Origin: Flavobacteriales bacterium
Lineage (GTDB): Bacteria > Bacteroidota > Bacteroidia > M30B66
Direction of reading: 5' to 3'
Assembly: GCA_040403315.1 (NCBI GenBank)
Contig: JBBAKX010000001.1
Coordinates: forward strand, 818,703-882,702
DNA: 64,000 bases
The stretch's first letter is position 1, and every line of letters starts with the position of its first letter. The notes beneath the pieces were generated by a model. The model saw nothing but the letters and a program-made list of their open reading frames with translations, did no database searches and was not told the origin of the DNA. Made by a program: the position numbers and the translations under genes. Positions 28,571-36,626 of the stretch are shown piece after piece.

Positions 28571-28578
28571 CAAAAGTA
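28571..28578 (-). promoter_or_regulatory. Putative -7 box (TACTTTTG) for mtaB-lgt
   Basis: The minus strand reads TACTTTTGcagcccttATG, leaving 8 nt between the box and the ATG. Confidence 0.4.
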
Positions 28579-28697
28579 AGCAATATTTTGGCCCGTTTTA
28601 CTGAATAATGGAATCGAATTGTTTGCTATTTATAAATTTATGTTGCTGATAATTAGTTCGTTAATCTTTTTGATGAGCAATTCTTTTCTATCACCTC

Positions 28698-28727
28698 TTG
28701 CGTGAAAACTGAATTAGACTACATTTG
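28698..28727 (+). promoter_or_regulatory. Bacteroidota-type promoter (-33 TTG, 19-nt spacer, -7 TACATTTG) for tRNA-Glu (and probably rpsT)
   Basis: TTG at 28698-28700, a 19-nt spacer, then TACATTTG at 28720-28727. The tRNA starts 19 nt downstream. Confidence 0.55.
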
Positions 28728-28745
28728 CAGTCCAAATTCAAAAAT

Positions 28746-28817
<72 letters not shown>

Positions 28818-28831
28818 CTAGAAAAAATAAA

Positions 28832-29086
28832 ATGGCAAATCATAAGTCAGCAATTAAGCGTATCCGTTCAAACGACACAAAACGTTTGAGTAATCGCTAT
28901 TATCACAAAACAACTAGAAATGCAATGAAGAAATTGCGTCTTACTTCTAACAAGACGGATGCGTCTACATTGTTAGTTGAAGTGAGCTCAATGCTCGACA
29001 AGCTAGCTAAACGTAATGTGATCCATAAAAACAAAGCGGGTAACCTAATCGGTAAACTTACCCGTCACGTTAACGCACTTTCTTAA
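28832..29086 (+). CDS. rpsT: 30S ribosomal protein S20
   Basis: 84-aa basic ORF MANHKSAIKRIRSNDTKRLSNRYYHKTTRNAMKK..., typical S20. Confidence 0.95.
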   Translation: MANHKSAIKRIRSNDTKRLSNRYYHKTTRNAMKKLRLTSNKTDASTLLVEVSSMLDKLAKRNVIHKNKAGNLIGKLTRHVNALS

Positions 29087-29106
29087 TCTGATAAAGATTT
29101 AAGAGC

Positions 29107-29146
29107 AACGCTCCTTCAGTAATCTGATGGGGCGTTTTTTATTTTT
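29107..29146 (+). terminator. Rho-independent terminator after rpsT
   Basis: Stem AACGCTCC (29107-29114) pairs with GGGGCGTT (29129-29136, one G-U pair) and is followed by TTTTTTATTTTT. Confidence 0.65.
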
Positions 29147-29197
29147 CGCTTCACAAGTAATCTAAATACCTTCATAGTCTTTCTATAATTTAAGCAA

Positions 29198-31585
29198 CTA
29201 TTTGAATTTAACCGTCAGCTCAACTCGACGGTTTCTTTGTTTGCCAGCATCTGTAGCATTGCTTTCCAACGGTCGGGTTTCGCCGAACCACTCTGGCTTG
29301 ACGCTTTTCTCCACAACTCCTCGATCAACCAGGTATTTCTGAATTGCCAAGGCGCGATTCTTTGATAACAACATGTTAGACTCCGGCTTTCCCGAATTAT
29401 CGGTATGGCCCGAAATAATCAATTGCCAGTTTGGCTTCTTCTTTATCAACGTTGCTAGATTGTTGAGCGATTCAAAAGACTCCGGACGAATGATCGCTTT
29501 CCCTGATTCAAACTCTAAGTTTTCGAAAGCAGTTTGCAAAATTTCGGTTTCTTCCTTCTTCAGTTCAGGACATCCATTATTCTCTATTGAACCAGGAACC
29601 GTTGGACATTTATCCAATACATCTGGAACATTGTCTTTATCTGTATCGTCGTATGGGCAACCTCTGTTAACGAACGGTCCAGCAATTTCAGGGCAATCAT
29701 CCTGCTCATCCTTGATCCCATCTTTGTCTTTGTCCATTTCGGGGCAACCATTTTTTTCTTTAGGGCCGGCCAATTCTGGGCATCTATCAGTTTGATCAGG
29801 AAGGCTATCTCCATCTGTGTCTGGGCATCCACCAAAAATCTTCAATCCTTTTCGGTCCGGACATTCATCTTCCTTATCTGGAATAGAATCCAAATCACGA
29901 TCCGGACAACCTTTGAATATTTTCAATCCTAAAGCATTCGGACATTCATCTTCATTATCTGGAATTGAATCGAGGTCGCGATCGGGACAACCTTTCAGGA
30001 ATCTCAATCCTGCCATATCGGGGCATAAGTCAAACTTATCCGCAATCTGATCTCCATCTTTATCGGGGCAACCGTTTAAAATTGCCAAGCCTGGTTCCAA
30101 AGGGCAATCATCTTGGTTATCGGATATGCCATCTTTGTCTCGATCGGGACAACCATTCATTTCTATTGAACCAGCTTCGTCGGGACATCTGTCTTTTTTA
30201 TTCGGGATTCCATCCTTGTCATTGTCGCAATAACTTGGGCGGTCTTCTTCATAATCTGAAACAAATGTGATCCCCGCCTGAAGATGCAAACTGCGTGTGT
30301 TATACTGCCCGAAAACTCCTAAAATATTATCGGTAGCCACTTGAATCTGCGTTAAGCCAAGATTGAAGGTAAACCCTGTGCCTAAATTTGAAACTGTATT
30401 GTTAATGTAAGACCAATTTGCATTGAATTCCAGTATGCCATTGAAGCGCTTGGTGTAGCCAATTGATGCAGCTGGTTGAAATCTTCCGCGGAAAAATCTC
30501 CCCATAAATAGGAGTGATACATCGTTGTCTTTATTATAAGTATAGCGAGAAGTGAGGTAAAAGCGAGAAGGTAGATTGGTCGAATAGCTTTCGTTTCGTT
30601 GCTTGATACTGAAGATTTCTGATAGTGAATCGAGCAAATTTTGGAAGCTATCTTGTAAACTGTCTGTACTGTTTATGAAAAACTGATTGATCGGAATTCC
30701 TTTGAAAGTGAAATCTTCGATCTGGTTATAGTAATTAACAGGTTTGTAATTCCATCTGATTCGCCCGATGTCGAGGACACTCACTCCGAAATTCAATTGA
30801 TCATTGTATTGGTAAACAGCTCCTAAATCTGCTGCCCAACCGCGGTTACCTCGCTCAAACAAATACGAAAAAGCACTTAATGAATCGGTTGTGAAATCAT
30901 CGAGTCCAGAGGTGTTGATCAAGATATCTGAGTTTCCGCTTAGGTCGAATGTAATGTCATCGGTTCGGAAGTTTATTGTACTTCTGTCAATATCGATATT
31001 TTCCATCCCATAAAGTAACTTGGCCGAAATTCCTCCCCTTAACTTGCACCCAAAATTTCGAGAAACCCCAATGGCATACTCTCGGTAATGGGTCGTATTT
31101 AATCTGAGGTCGCCCAAATTCGTGGTTTCGCCTATCGTTGGACCGTTACCGTAAACTCCGAGTTCGAAAAGTTCTTTTCTAAATTGGCTTCTTAGAGCGA
31201 ATTTTTCGGTGATGTTTGCCGATAAATAATATTTGCCTTCTAGCCACCCAAAGTTGAGAAGATCCGTTTGTGCAAATGCATTGATTGATGGTCGAGCATT
31301 CATTTTGCTAATCAAACCATCAAAGTCGAAGTAAATTGAATCTGTATTGGATTTCTGGCGGATAAAATCCCGATAAGTAAAGCTGTTATTGCCAAATGAT
31401 GCTGAGGAGTTTGAAATCACCGGCAAACCAATATAAAGGTCAACCATGGGCATTGTTGCAGGATTCACGCGCAAGCCATGAGGTGAAAAGGTTTGGTGCA
31501 CCAGTGTAAAATCGCTCTGACAAGTTGCTTTCAAGCCAATAAATAGGAGGCTAAAACAAAGAAAGGTTCTTAAAATCTGGTGCAT
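29198..31585 (-). CDS. Outer-membrane protein: N-terminal predicted beta-barrel, thrombospondin type-3 (TSP3) Ca-binding repeats, C-terminal OmpA-like peptidoglycan-binding domain
   Basis: Signal peptide. About 440 aa of alternating beta-strand-like sequence rich in aromatics and Gly. About 9 repeats of CPDxxGxxxxxGCPDxDxDGIxD. The C-terminus ...ISGHTDNSG...NMLLSKNRALAI..NRRVEL is a typical OmpA_C. Confidence 0.85.
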   Translation of the reverse strand: MHQILRTFLCFSLLFIGLKATCQSDFTLVHQTFSPHGLRVNPATMPMVDLYIGLPVISNSSASFGNNSFTYRDFIRQKSNTDSIYFDFDGLISKMNARPSINAFAQTDLLNFGWLEGKYYLSANITEKFALRSQFRKELFELGVYGNGPTIGETTNLGDLRLNTTHYREYAIGVSRNFGCKLRGGISAKLLYGMENIDIDRSTINFRTDDITFDLSGNSDILINTSGLDDFTTDSLSAFSYLFERGNRGWAADLGAVYQYNDQLNFGVSVLDIGRIRWNYKPVNYYNQIEDFTFKGIPINQFFINSTDSLQDSFQNLLDSLSEIFSIKQRNESYSTNLPSRFYLTSRYTYNKDNDVSLLFMGRFFRGRFQPAASIGYTKRFNGILEFNANWSYINNTVSNLGTGFTFNLGLTQIQVATDNILGVFGQYNTRSLHLQAGITFVSDYEEDRPSYCDNDKDGIPNKKDRCPDEAGSIEMNGCPDRDKDGISDNQDDCPLEPGLAILNGCPDKDGDQIADKFDLCPDMAGLRFLKGCPDRDLDSIPDNEDECPNALGLKIFKGCPDRDLDSIPDKEDECPDRKGLKIFGGCPDTDGDSLPDQTDRCPELAGPKEKNGCPEMDKDKDGIKDEQDDCPEIAGPFVNRGCPYDDTDKDNVPDVLDKCPTVPGSIENNGCPELKKEETEILQTAFENLEFESGKAIIRPESFESLNNLATLIKKKPNWQLIISGHTDNSGKPESNMLLSKNRALAIQKYLVDRGVVEKSVKPEWFGETRPLESNATDAGKQRNRRVELTVKFK
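29841..30002 (-). repeat. Two near-identical tandem 81-nt units inside the TSP3 repeat array
   Basis: Units 29841-29921 and 29922-30002 share a nearly identical ~55-nt core. They encode ...GCPDRDLDSIPD(N/K)EDECP... twice. More degenerate copies flank them (about 29560-30240). Confidence 0.8.
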
Positions 31586-33258
31586 CAGAATGATTTTCGC
31601 ACTTGAATTCTTGCGCCTAATCGCAATTGTAAACGGTTGCTCTCAAATACTTTAACAATATCAAGCGCTTGGTTGAAGGTCGTGAATTCGGCAGTAATAA
31701 GGAGTGCATCTGCCTCTCCTTCAACGATATTTGCCCACCGAATTCTGTCGATTGTCGCGTCGTTAATTCTCTGTGATGGTGTGGTAACTAGACCCGACGC
31801 ATTGGTTATACCTGAAGCTAAAACAAGTCTATTGCCAGTGTTGAATAAGGAATCTATTTTAGTTAAAGAGGTGGTTTGGCCTAAACCGTTGATGTTTTTT
31901 CTGCAGAAGTAAATTTGAACACGACTTTCTGTTGGAAAGCTATTCAAGGTATTGAGCCTGATTAATCCAGATTCTATGTCACTAGTTATTCCGGCGAAAT
32001 CAAAATCCAAGGTATCAACTAGGAGAAGTTTCAAGGTTAAGCCATTGAGTGGAAGTTTCAAGTCTGTTCGAATTCCGATTCTGCTGGTGTCGTACAAAAA
32101 TCCCCATTCGGATGGACTTACATTTGGTGCTAAGTTGGCTTCTGTAACAATCGACCTTGGAAGGGCATTCACTACATTTTGAATATTCGACCCATTTAAA
32201 ATATTTAGGTCAATGATTTGAGTTTCCGGCTCAGCTGAAAGTAAATTTTGAGGAGGAAGTGTTATCGTTTGATTGTAATTGGAAGCCTGAATCTGGGGTA
32301 TGGAAAATCCCGGACGAATAGCTTCAATATCGGTAATTGAAGTGCTCACTGGAAGTCCAGTTGAATTAAATAAACTTACAGTGGCTGATGGTTCCTCAAA
32401 ATTCAAATCGATGGCCTCAATAGCATTTCTAAAGATGCCCACAAACATTGTGTCGCGTGTTACAATTGGCATCTGCAATCCAGCAAAATAACCCGAAAGC
32501 CTCTTAAACTTGGGATCCAATATTTCCACATCAGCTTGAAATTGGTTGGCCGTAGGAATTGCAGCAGAATTACTTCTTGTAACGGTTATGTAGAATTTTA
32601 GCTCTATGTTTTCTGAACTACCAATGATAAAGGCCCCGTTTAGATTTCTACTAAGCTCGTTGGATAGGGGAGTGGTTCCAGAAGAATTGAATGTTAGGTT
32701 CTGCGAAAACGCTTGCCCATTGATGAAAAGCTGAGGGATTTCAGTACGAATGATACAGTTTTGTGGAACCTGTGATGTGATTTTCACATTGAGAATGCCT
32801 GATTTGAGGAATGCAGTATCAAGCAAAGCTGCAGCGTTCAACTGATTGTCGAGACTATAATTGAAAGTAAATGAACTTGAATCGGTGATAGTGTTTCCTA
32901 TGGTTAATATCCCGTTGAATGCATTGGTATTGTTTGCATCTAACGATGGATTCACAGCCTCCGAGAATGCAGGAAGGGTAAGTAATTCTTCTCCCCGTTG
33001 GGTATAATTAAAGCTGGAGTAGATAATTTCAATGATGTTATTTGCACCAACACCAACGGTTACATCGCTATCTTTTTGTGTGGCAATATCTTGGATGCTT
33101 AGATCTGAAAAAACAATTGGAAAGGCTAAATCAGGCGCCCACTCTGAATCTGAGAGTTTATTGAAATCGTCTTTCAGACAACCGCTCACAGCGAAAAGCA
33201 CAAAGAGTACCGCCGCGATTTTTGCAATGTTGTGGTTTAGCAAAATATATGGTTTCAA
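31585..33258 (-). CDS. Hypothetical lipoprotein, TTG-initiated, translationally coupled to the downstream OmpA/TSP3 gene
   Basis: 557-aa ORF. The N-terminus ...IAAVLFVLFAVSGC has a lipobox. No in-frame ATG precedes the lipobox, so the TTG at 33258 is the likely start. The stop overlaps the next ATG (TGATG at 31583-31587). Asn/Ser/Thr-rich with no recognisable catalytic motif. Confidence 0.65.
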   Translation of the reverse strand: MKPYILLNHNIAKIAAVLFVLFAVSGCLKDDFNKLSDSEWAPDLAFPIVFSDLSIQDIATQKDSDVTVGVGANNIIEIIYSSFNYTQRGEELLTLPAFSEAVNPSLDANNTNAFNGILTIGNTITDSSSFTFNYSLDNQLNAAALLDTAFLKSGILNVKITSQVPQNCIIRTEIPQLFINGQAFSQNLTFNSSGTTPLSNELSRNLNGAFIIGSSENIELKFYITVTRSNSAAIPTANQFQADVEILDPKFKRLSGYFAGLQMPIVTRDTMFVGIFRNAIEAIDLNFEEPSATVSLFNSTGLPVSTSITDIEAIRPGFSIPQIQASNYNQTITLPPQNLLSAEPETQIIDLNILNGSNIQNVVNALPRSIVTEANLAPNVSPSEWGFLYDTSRIGIRTDLKLPLNGLTLKLLLVDTLDFDFAGITSDIESGLIRLNTLNSFPTESRVQIYFCRKNINGLGQTTSLTKIDSLFNTGNRLVLASGITNASGLVTTPSQRINDATIDRIRWANIVEGEADALLITAEFTTFNQALDIVKVFESNRLQLRLGARIQVRKSF

Positions 33259-33310
33259 GTTTCTGCCAGATTGGTATTGGAAAATTAGACAAATTTTCTG
33301 GCGCAGTGTT

Positions 33311-33922
33311 TCAGATAAACAGTTGAAGTTGTTTGTTTTTCAACGTGAAGGTTTTCCTATGGTAGCACGTTATTCCAATTGATTCGATAGCCTTTCTGTG
33401 AATTTCTGTACCGTAACCTTTGTTTTTATCCCATCCGTAATCACCAAATTCTGCATGTAGCTTTTTCATTAAATCATCCCGATAGGTTTTGGCTAAAACA
33501 GAAGCTGCTGCTATATGAAGGAATTTCCCATCACCTTCTACTATTGTTTGGTGCTCGACTTCTTGGTAGGGTTTAAATCTGTTGCCATCAATTAACAAAA
33601 ATGCGGGTTCTTGTTTCAAACCACTAATTGCTCGGTGCATCGCCAGAAATGTTGCTTGAAGAATATTAATCTGATCAATTTCTTCGGCGCTAGCCTCCGC
33701 AATGCAATATGCAAGTGCTTCTTTGCGAATTACGCTTTGAAGAATGTCGCGATTTTTTTCTGTCATCTTTTTGGAATCGTTCAGCAAAGGATGGTAGAAG
33801 TCTTCAGGAAGAATCACTGCCGCAGCGACTACCGGACCAGCCAAACAACCACGTCCAGCTTCATCTACACCCACTTCTGGTATGTTCTTCTGAAATCTGG
33901 GTAGTAACACGTGTTTCTCCAT
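33311..33922 (-). CDS. rnhB: Ribonuclease HII
   Basis: VGVDEAGRGCLAGPVV (DEAGRG active-site motif), DSKK, and LIDGN. Confidence 0.93.
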   Translation of the reverse strand: MEKHVLLPRFQKNIPEVGVDEAGRGCLAGPVVAAAVILPEDFYHPLLNDSKKMTEKNRDILQSVIRKEALAYCIAEASAEEIDQINILQATFLAMHRAISGLKQEPAFLLIDGNRFKPYQEVEHQTIVEGDGKFLHIAAASVLAKTYRDDLMKKLHAEFGDYGWDKNKGYGTEIHRKAIESIGITCYHRKTFTLKNKQLQLFI

Positions 33923-33964
33923 TGGCTTGCGTGGTAAATTTCAGAAAATTCTTAATATTGGACT

Positions 33965-35788
33965 ATGGCTAAAATCTTTACTTTTTTCATTTGCTTCCTT
34001 TCAGCAACTTTGCTTCAAGCACAATGTCCTGGATGTATTGTTAACACTGCTTGTACGGCAACACCTGCAGCCCCATCTCTTTGTCCGGAAACTCTTCCCG
34101 ACGCTATCCAAGGCGAACCCTATGAAATAGATGCGACCTTTTTCATGCCACAGCAGTTTACCGATCCAGGTTCAGGTTTCGATGTAACCTTGGCCTCAAT
34201 TACCATTGCTACAATCGGTGGTTTACCTCCAGGTCTTTCAGCAACCACCAACGATGCCGATAATTTTTATGAAATCACCTCCGATCCTCTAACGCAACGT
34301 GGCTGTGTAAAAATTTGCGGAATTCCAACGGCTATTGGTTTCTACACAGTTTCGGTAAACGTGATCGCCTCAGTTTCTGCTCCAATCAGCACAGAAGCGC
34401 CTCAAAGTTTTACGCTCCCACTGGCTGTTGTACCCGGAGGTTCGGGCAATGCAGGTTTCTCACTTTCTCCAAATTCAGGATGCGATTCAATCAATGTGGA
34501 ATTCCAAGCGCTCATAAGCAGTCCAAACCAACCTGTTGAATACCTCTGGGATTTTGGCAACGGTCAAACATCAACTGCATTTACTCCAGAAGATCAGTTT
34601 TATTCGGTCGCCGATACGTATTATGTTTCACTCCAAACCAATCTGCTCAATTATGTTGTAACAGGAGTGTCTTACACTTCAACAGGTGACAACTGGTGTG
34701 GCGATGTTGAAGAGCCTTCATTTCCTTTTGTAGGCTGCACTGGAAGTCCCGATATTTATTACGAACTGTCGAATGGTGGATCAACTTTTTCAGGGCCAAC
34801 GCAAGACAACAACAACAGTTACAGTCAATCGGACGCCTCTATCACTATAACCGAAACTGCTCTAAGCATTAATTTCTTCGATGAGGATGTGGTTTCCCAA
34901 AATGATGCACTTGGAACTGCTGTCGTTCAATTTCAGCAGCCAGGAGTTTACTCATTTAATACGGGAGCTGGTTTCGGAACTGTTACTATTGGAACGACAG
35001 TTGGAATTTCATTTGTGCACAATGATACCATCGTAGTGCATCCATCTCCGGAAGCTCCTTCAATTACGTCAACAGCCTTATCGGTTTGCGAAGGCGATTC
35101 TGTTACCCTCACTTTGCCACCAGCCGCTTTTTACCAATGGTTACTCAATGGTGAAACAGTGTTGAGTGCAAACAACGACTCTTTAATTGTAAACGAAGCG
35201 GGGTCTTGGTCGGCAGAAATCCGATCAGAAGCCGGATGTCTTGCTATTTCTGATACGCTAACCACAGAAATAATTTCATATCCAGAACAACCAACAGTTT
35301 TCGTAAATCCGGTGAATGGTTCGTTTTTCTTTAATCCAGGTTCTGGCTTCGATTGGATTTGGTTGTTCGAAGGCGATACATTATTAGGAACTCAGAATCA
35401 ACCAAACTTCTTCCCAACAGAAATTGGAAATTATAGTGTTGTAGTTAGCGCCAATCCAGCTTGTGTGCTTTATTCCGAAGAACAGTACTTTACTAACTTA
35501 GGAACTGAAGCCGCATCGGATCTTGAAGTTAAAATTTATCCGCAGCCATTTCAAGTAGGATTCTTAAATATCGAATCCAATTGGATTGAATCGGGTGAAG
35601 TTAAAATTCTTGTGCTCGATATAACTGGTCGACAAGTGTTCGCACAAAGTACAAATGCCACAGCAGGTAACTTGAGCGTTTTCATTGATCAACAAGTTTC
35701 AGGAATTTACCTGTTGAGGATGGAGCAAGATGGAAAAATCGCTTCTCAAAGGTTGATCATTTCAGCATCGGCGCCCGGTTCAAACTGA
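33965..35788 (+). CDS. Secreted protein with a PKD-like domain and a type-A T9SS C-terminal sorting domain, function unknown
   Basis: Signal peptide MAKIFTFFICFLSATLLQAQ, PKD-like YLWDFGNGQTS, and the C-terminal domain KIYPQPFQVGFLNIES...SGIYLLRM. Confidence 0.72.
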   Translation: MAKIFTFFICFLSATLLQAQCPGCIVNTACTATPAAPSLCPETLPDAIQGEPYEIDATFFMPQQFTDPGSGFDVTLASITIATIGGLPPGLSATTNDADNFYEITSDPLTQRGCVKICGIPTAIGFYTVSVNVIASVSAPISTEAPQSFTLPLAVVPGGSGNAGFSLSPNSGCDSINVEFQALISSPNQPVEYLWDFGNGQTSTAFTPEDQFYSVADTYYVSLQTNLLNYVVTGVSYTSTGDNWCGDVEEPSFPFVGCTGSPDIYYELSNGGSTFSGPTQDNNNSYSQSDASITITETALSINFFDEDVVSQNDALGTAVVQFQQPGVYSFNTGAGFGTVTIGTTVGISFVHNDTIVVHPSPEAPSITSTALSVCEGDSVTLTLPPAAFYQWLLNGETVLSANNDSLIVNEAGSWSAEIRSEAGCLAISDTLTTEIISYPEQPTVFVNPVNGSFFFNPGSGFDWIWLFEGDTLLGTQNQPNFFPTEIGNYSVVVSANPACVLYSEEQYFTNLGTEAASDLEVKIYPQPFQVGFLNIESNWIESGEVKILVLDITGRQVFAQSTNATAGNLSVFIDQQVSGIYLLRMEQDGKIASQRLIISASAPGSN

Positions 35789-36468
35789 TAGCCGACACTT
35801 CTGATCGAAAGAAAGTACTTGGGTTCGCGCGGATTAGGCTCAAAATACTTTCTGAAACTCAGGATAAAATTATCGATCGTTCTGGTAGAAGGAAAAATAT
35901 CATATCCCCAAACCTTTTCTAGAATCTGCTTTCTCGAAACTACCTCGCCTTTTCGTTCTATAAGCAATTTCAAGAGCATCATCTCTTTTTTTGTAAGGGT
36001 GATTTGTTCTCCTTTGGCAGTTGTTATTTTGTACTGACTGAATTGCACTTCATTACCTCCGAAGCGATAGGCCGCAAAATCGCTTGTGTTTCGTCGACGA
36101 TCAAGGCCTCGCTTTATTAGAGATTGAACCCTGAGTAGCAGTTCTTCTAAATTAAATGGCTTGGCGAGATAATCATCAGCGCCGATTTTTAAACCCAAAA
36201 CACGATCGATGCTGGTGTTTTTCGCTGTGAGGAAAATTATCGGCACTTCATCATTCTCCAAGCGAACCGATTCGCAAATTGCAAAACCGTCTAATTCTGG
36301 AAGCATCACGTCTAGAATCAACAAGTCGAATCGCTCATTCAAGGCCCGGTTAAGTGCAGTTTTTCCGTCTTTGGCAACAACCACTTGGTAACCTTCCATC
36401 TCAAGATTGAGGCTGATCATATCCCGAAGGCTCTCTTCGTCTTCTGCAAGAAGAATTCTATAACTCAT
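35746..36468 (-). CDS. OmpR/PhoB-family response regulator (receiver + winged-helix domains)
   Basis: MSYRILLAEDEESLRDM...LLILDVMLPELDG, then LTKKEMMLLKLL...IRSVGYQF. Start taken at ATG 36468 (the track ORF extends to 36585). No histidine kinase gene is adjacent. Confidence 0.9.
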   Translation of the reverse strand: MSYRILLAEDEESLRDMISLNLEMEGYQVVVAKDGKTALNRALNERFDLLILDVMLPELDGFAICESVRLENDEVPIIFLTAKNTSIDRVLGLKIGADDYLAKPFNLEELLLRVQSLIKRGLDRRRNTSDFAAYRFGGNEVQFSQYKITTAKGEQITLTKKEMMLLKLLIERKGEVVSRKQILEKVWGYDIFPSTRTIDNFILSFRKYFEPNPREPKYFLSIRSVGYQFEPGADAEMINL

Positions 36469-36496
36469 GTCTATCTGTTTCTCTTGGCGATGCTTG

Positions 36497-36504
36497 CAAA
36501 GGTA
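36497..36504 (-). promoter_or_regulatory. Putative -7 box (TACCTTTG) for the OmpR-family regulator
   Basis: Exact TAnnTTTG match on the minus strand, 28 nt upstream of ATG 36468. Confidence 0.4.
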
Positions 36505-36626
36505 TATTGAATGCGATGTGTTCACAACTGAACATTCAACCACAAATCCCGTAGATGGAAATGGGTATTTTTGCTCAAACATCAAATTTGTTACTTCGTT
36601 TTACCGCTCGCTAAGCGCATTGTCCT

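Noticed and set aside
36469-36585. 39-codon N-terminal extension of the OmpR-family regulator.
   Set aside because: Receiver domains start at the MSYRILLAEDE-type sequence. The extension covers the putative promoter (36497-36504).
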